A DNA stretch of 64,000 bases from Plasmodiophora brassicae (taxonomy: Eukaryota), in NCBI GenBank assembly GCA_036867785.1, contig CP145409.1:1922001-1986000 (forward strand). The letters are read 5' to 3'. Positions 58,220-64,000 of the stretch are shown in pieces. A program made the position numbers and the translations under genes. Under the pieces are notes generated by a model. That model was not told the DNA's origin and did no database searches. It saw only the letters and a program-made list of their open reading frames with translations. Within the stretch, counting starts at the first letter, position 1; the number at the start of each line of letters is the position of its first letter.

Positions 58220-60970
58220 ATGTGGCGCGCGTTTCGTGGATGCTCGACGCGGAACGTGACGCTCCCCGTGAGCGAACAGGTCGCAGGCGTAGAAGTTGCA
58301 GCCACCCTGTCATCCAGGCGTACGCTCGAAGAAGGGCGCGACCTTGATGAGCGACGGGACGCGCACCATGCTCATGGTGTTGTCGATCATCTGCGCGACC
58401 TTCGCAATCGCGACGGTCGAACGGCCTTAATGGTTCCCCGTCACCGTCGCGCTTCGATGGCGCTCCCAAACCGCGTCGGGCCATGGTCGTTCAGGAAGGC
58501 GACCTACTGGCCGTGTTTGACCAATGGAGACGGGTTCACAGTTCGCCATCAATTCGCAACGATGCTGACGCCTTCACGTCGTTTCTACTGGGAGGCAGCG
58601 TGGACTTCGTCAGCGAAGCACGATGTCAACATCCATGAGCGCTGTCTTACGATGGCCGCATAGGAAGCATACGACAGCTGCGATGCTCTGGACGCCATTC
58701 GCGCGTTCCGTGCCCAGATGACGAACGACGATAACGTGACGATCGCCTCACTGAAGTGCGCCCTTCTCCAGTCGAGCACCACCAGGAAGCTCGAAGGCGA
58801 CTTCTTCACGCCAGCGGTCTGGGTCAGACAGGCATACGCGCTCCTGGACGCGCACATCGGTAATCGATCAGTGCAGAACGAATCGCGAAGCGGTATATAA
58901 CAGGGCACTGACCGATAACGGCGGCCACAGCCCCGAGCTGGTACCAGGACCACGTCGTCTGGGACGCGTCATGCGGAACAGCGAACCTTACCCGGCTGCG
59001 AGCGTTCCCCAAACTGCTCCTGTCCACGAAGAACGATCAGGTCGTCGCCCTGGAACGAAACATCGGGGCCGGGCTTACCAATGACGACAGGACCTTCGCG
59101 TTGCGACCCTGCTTGGATACGCCCGGGCACCGTCCGCACAGTGCACGCCGTTCGACTTCCTGGAATCCATGGATGCGCCCGAACCGTTCCTGCCCACGCT
59201 GCAGGCGGCCAACGGGATCGTCTTCCTGAACAACCCGCCGTACAAGACCGCCAACGAGCAGTCGTTCACGACGTCGGTCAAGCGGCACGGGGGCCTGTCG
59301 GCCACCCCCGTCAAACAGGTCTGGGCTCGGCCTGCATGCACACGCCAGTGTGGGGGGACTCAGTTCGCCGTCTCGTCAGGCGATGCGGGACGAGGGCCTA
59401 ACCGCAGGCGGCAACCAGGTACGCTCGGTATCGTCTGCCGCCTCGCCTGGGCGACCTGGCAGTGATTCGTGGGCAGCTGGCGGCCCAGTTCCTCTTCAAG
59501 CTGACGACGATCATGAGGTCGCCAGCGTGCTCGTCGGCGCTGGCAGGCAACGGCGTCTACCTGGCGTCGTACACGCCGGGCAACCTGATCACAGGGCCAG
59601 CCTATTTCCCCTTCATGCGCTACCTGATGACGCACTGGCAGTACGTTGCCGGGTTCACGTTCCCGGCGACCGAATTCCAGGGCGTCGTCGGCCGCTTCTC
59701 CATCGCATTCACGTTGTGGAAGGCGCGCCCACAGTGCGCCCCTGCTGGGCGCGGCCATCGCATCGGCACGTTCCCGATGGCCGCGTTCGAGTATGACGTA
59801 CGTACGAGGCCTGGGGCAGATGACGTTCGGCTAGGACGGCGTAACACGAACATTGCAGGCGGCCACACGCCAACCTAGGCGGGTCGGACAGGTGACGCTT
59901 CGGGCCGTTCCACCGGAGCACCGGATCAACCGCTGGGCGTCGTCGTCGCCTACAAAGCATTGCAGGCCGGCCGTCCCGCTAACGAACCCGGTCAGCGTGT
60001 TGCAGCAGTGCAGGTCGGCAGCGGGCGTTTGGCCAGCTGACGCGCTCGTGCTGAGTGCACTGTTCAGGTACAAAGTGCTGAACGCGCTGCCCGGCGACGC
60101 CCTCGGATACTGCCATTCCAATGGGAACAGCGTCCAGCACAACGACCAGCTCGTCGGGTTGTACTCGTCGGCGTTCGCCGCCGGGCACGGGTTCGCCGTC
60201 CGCCCCGACAACTTCGAGCGAGCGTGCGCGCTCTTCGCCGCCCGGCGCCTCGTGCGCCGCTCAGCGCTAACGTGGCAGGCGGAATACTCGGCGCCGACCT
60301 GCGACCCAGCCGACCCGCGATGGCGCCGGTGGGTCAGGGACGCGGTCGTGTTCGCCCTGTTCGACACCAAGTCCAACCAGTCTGCGTTGCGGGGCCTGCC
60401 TGGCCCGGTACCGTCGCTGTCCAACCCCTGGTTCTGGGCCAGTAAATCGTCGATGCGGGCGCTCGCTGTCGAGGCCGACTTCTCGGACATGGTCGACGAC
60501 ATCGACCGGTGCAGGGCACCCGATCGCCCGTTCGTCGCAGAGTGGCTCCAGAACAACCGCAGTCGACTAGGTCGGTGTGAACGCACTGCAGAACGTGGAA
60601 GGTCTCACAAAGGTCGTCAGGGGACGACGCAAGGCTGCTGTTGGAGTTTGGAGAGCGGATACTTGCGGAAACGATGCCGATGCGCACAGACCTGCCTCAA
60701 CGAGAACGGGCGCTGTTGCACCTTCACGCATGGGACAGCGGATGGTACCAGATCCGACAGGGGCTGAAGCGGCACAGCGAAGGCAAACGCTGGATGCGGG
60801 AATGGGACGAACTGAGGACGCGTCTGGCGGGCCGATTGCGTCCCGGGATCCACGAGTGGGGACTGTTGCCGCAATTCGAGCTGGCGGCGAACAACGATCC
60901 CGGACCCGCCAAACGTCATCGGGACGCAAGTGCAGACGAATGCTCAAAGCGGAACTGTATCAAACATTAA
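58220..60970 (+). CDS. Prokaryote-type (restriction-modification-like, gamma class) amino-DNA methyltransferase with fused specificity-like domain, split by spliceosomal introns
   Basis: Introns 58860-58930, 59041-59090, 59319-59379, 59419-59476, 59798-59858, (60014-60067) and 60571-60620 are all GT-AG and frame-preserving. Motifs: GDFFTP (58796-58813), WDASCGTANL (58960-58989), FDFL, NNPPY (59229-59243), QLAAQFL, EFQGVVGRFSIAFTLW. 5' end uncertain. Confidence 0.78.
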
Positions 60971-61014
60971 CCGGAACATTGAAACGCCCTACCTATGTAG
61001 GTCGGTCGCATTGC

Positions 61015-64000
61015 TCACTCTTCATTCTCAGAGACGTTGCCGAGTTCTGGGTCGGGCCCTTCACCATCGTCGTCAGCGCCGTCGTCAGCATCACCCGGAT
61101 CCCCTTCTTCGTCGCGATCGTCCGACTCGCGACGCTTCCTCTTCTTTTTCGTCTTCTCCGAATCGCGAACCTCGCCCGCAGCCTTGCTGGCATTGAAGCG
61201 GAAGTCGCGGATCGCCGACCGCTTAAAATCGCCCGTAAGCTCGGGCATCTAAAGAGACGACGGTCACGATAGCGCACGAAGAGAATCGGACGTCGCTGTC
61301 CGACCTTGCAAAAGCTTGCGTATTTGATGCACGTTTGCTCGAACTCCTCGAGTTGATAGATCACGTCGGGCAGAACGCGCTTCTCGCGAGCGACGCGCGC
61401 TTTCAGGCTTTTGGGCTTGATCCCGTCACGGGCGTTCTCATCCTGCAGGCGTGTCAATAACGGTGCAAACCACCGACGAACGGAACGAAGGACGTGCCTG
61501 CATGAACTTGAACATGCAATCTGCACCGGCAAACGAACGTTGAGTAATGTAGTCCAGCACGAGCAACGTGCCAGTCTTACACAGAGTAGGCGCAAGGTTG
61601 CCTGCAACGAAGGCGACCAGTTTGCGGAAACGCTTGGAAGGCTCCTCGATTTTCGCGGCAAACATGAACTTCCCGCACGCCACCGCCAGCTTCAGCGAAC
61701 GAATCAGAAGCAGCAGAATCTTGGTCGAGGTGGCCGTATTGGTGTTCTTGATACCAGCCAGCTCTTTGAAGACTTCGAACGACTTGAACAGCTGACTGAA
61801 GACTCCATCAAGAGCGACCATTCGCCTCCTTGCCGGAAGCATACTGGGAAGACCACGACCAGGTGACGCTTTCGCAAGTTTGATGTTCGCCAACAGCCAT
61901 TCCGCATAGGTCAGGTCCGCTTCTATGATGCCAATGATGCGGTCGATCAGCGAAGGGACAGTGATTTCGGACCTGCAGCGTTAAGGTCAGATCGCCGCAT
62001 AGCACGAGAATCGTTCATACTGAGCACGTACACAATACCCAGTTCAGAGCTAGCGGTGGGCATGACCTCGTCGTTGACGTCACCGATCACGGTAATGGAG
62101 TCTTGTGCCAGCACCCGCATGAACTCGTAGGAGCCGCGATAATTCTCCAGGCTCCAGTTGTACACGGCAAGGTCGGCGGCGAGTGTCGGCACAGTGACGG
62201 GAACCGTGCGAAGTTCGAAGAACCACTTGCTGCGGTCCACGAGATGGTCATCGCTGAGAAACGGACGACACACCTTCATCATTGAGAGCACTATCTGCGC
62301 TTCGTCCGGGAACCGCAACGTCCGAACGTTCGCATCGATCGTTTGGTTAAACAGCATCTCCAATAGTTCCACCAACCCAAGAACAGGGTCATACCCATCA
62401 ACAGCGTCCCGTTCGAGAATGGCCTGCACAGCACACGAGTTGACGAAACGCCTGAAACTGTTGCTTCCGAGTTTGGATGTGCAGCTGAGAAGTTCGTTGA
62501 AAGCGGAAAGCGATATTACAGCCGGCGAACTCGACTTCACCGGAGACGCCTTCAACTGACTGTCGAGATCGTCGATAGCTTGCCGCAACATCAATGTTCC
62601 CAGACGACAGCAGTCTTCAACGAAAGTAAGTCTTTCCTCGGAAGAACGTAGGGCCAAGAAGCCCTTAGAGATCGAGGTGATTGCTCCGCGAAGAACATAG
62701 GAGATGAAGGAAGGATTCGCACGAAGAATCGAACGAGCTGCTTCGTCAGGCGCGTTCACGAAAGACGCTCCGGCAGCTTCATCAAGCTACACGTTCAAAA
62801 GTTAGAAACACACGAAACGATGCGACTATACTCCAGCTGACCTCAACCGAGCCATGTAGTGCCGCAAGCACACGCCCGATGAGGACAAAGTTCATGACCT
62901 GACACGCAGGCTGGGCACCCTTGCGGGAGTCGCCAGAGACGGGTTTGCGCTTCTTGGCAGCCCCTTCGGATTTCTCACGAGTCGAAGCCGTTGGGAATAG
63001 GGCGTCCAGTAGCTTGAAGAGTGCTAACACCTATGGGGACGCGTTGGTCACGTTGAAGCGCGGGTAACAGTATCAACAGAGGGGACCTTCGTAAGAGCGG
63101 AAGTGGTGACTCCCTCCGTCATGATTAGAAATCGTACACCGGAATCAATGATATCGACCCACATGCGTGATGACAAACGAAGATTGGGGTCGACTGCAAC
63201 ACTCTGCGACTGCGAAGCTAAGGCAGCAGACCGACCCGTGTCAAAGGCAAAGTCCTCTAGGCGACAGGTTCCCAACTTTCCAAGGACATCCCCAATGAAA
63301 ACAGAGTACTCGACATACAGACGCCGGTCCGCATCAGACTCCTGGCACGCTTCCACGCACTGGCACAAGCATCCAAACAAAGAAGATATCGGCTCGACGA
63401 CAGAACCAGACTGTATGCATCGGTCCAGCTGAAACGGCACGCTGGCGTCCTGTTCGGGATCAATGAAACGAGATAGATGAGATTTCAGGAGGTCAACGAT
63501 GTGCATCCGCAAGGTGGACGACGCCATACGAAATGTCGAATATAGCCTAACGTGGCAGTGTGAACGGACGGCAGCTTGCTGTGTGAGCGCACGCTGTAAC
63601 AATCCATGCACTTCAAGAAAGAATTTGGCGTCGTTCGAAGAGCACGAAGAAGACGAGCTTTGGCTGTTCTGGAAGATATCCGTCGCTTCAGATGACATTC
63701 CGCAGAGCAGGCTCAGGAAGCCATCGACTGTGAAAGGTCGTCAGGTTAGCGCGTGGCACTGCGATTAGACGGGGACGTACTTGCAGACACACGACGTTCC
63801 AGACTTCGCGAAAATATGCTCTTCCGGAGACACACCACCAGGGCACTCGACAAATCATCGCGAAGGCGAAGCAGCGGCATCAGGCAGGTAATGATCTCAC
63901 GAGACCGGCGGAAGTCCATCATCGTCTGATATTGAGTTCACCACTGCACATCGTTCAATCATGGCGCACACGTACGATGTACTCAAAGCTGTTCCGGATT
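61015..64000 (-). CDS. FANCI: Fanconi anemia group I protein (5' part beyond window), multi-exon
   Basis: LEVHGLLQRALTQQAAVR and KARVAREKRVLPDVIYQLEEFE...KRSAIRDFRF match conserved FANCI segments. Basic KKKRKRR tail. Confidence 0.8.

Noticed and set aside
58220-60970. Bacterial contamination or a frameshifted pseudogene as the explanation for the MTase fragments
   Set aside because: Every frame change from about 58660 onward is explained by a canonical 50-71 nt GT-AG intron, and the flanking genes are intron-bearing eukaryotic genes.

Overview
Gene-dense eukaryotic genomic DNA (GC-rich, many 50-70 nt GT-AG introns, very short intergenic spacers). The gene content (signal-peptide SKP1-like/ankyrin genes, plant-like 7TM-RGS receptors, a cytokinin-dehydrogenase-like FAD oxidase) suggests a plasmodiophorid plant-parasitic protist such as Plasmodiophora; this is inference. 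Housekeeping genes: two tandem beta-tubulins, cytochrome b5 reductase, tRNA-Gly(GCC), a 37-aa-repeat RAP protein, PHF5A, TOM5-like, DCP2, GUF1, an O-methyltransferase, a BET-type bromodomain protein, NDUFAF1, IMP3, NDUFV1, SKI3, QCR8, COPG, ALKBH6, a BT1 transporter, AHA1-like, ferritin and FANCI (partial). The most striking item is an intron-interrupted gene at about 58.2-61.0 kb. Spliced by hand, it encodes a prokaryotic restriction-modification-type (gamma-class) amino-DNA methyltransferase (GDFFTP / WDASCGTANL / FDFL / NPPY) with a long specificity-like C-terminus and an NLS-like tail. It lies head-to-head with a prokaryote-type ferritin, and their spacer holds a CAGTGC/TGCAC repeat array. 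Also notable: a birth-and-death array of secreted SKP1-like+ankyrin genes bracketed by two divergent 7TM-RGS paralogues, and a second prokaryote-like intron-bearing gene at 7.5-8.6 kb. Family assignments come from recognising motifs by eye; no database search was run.
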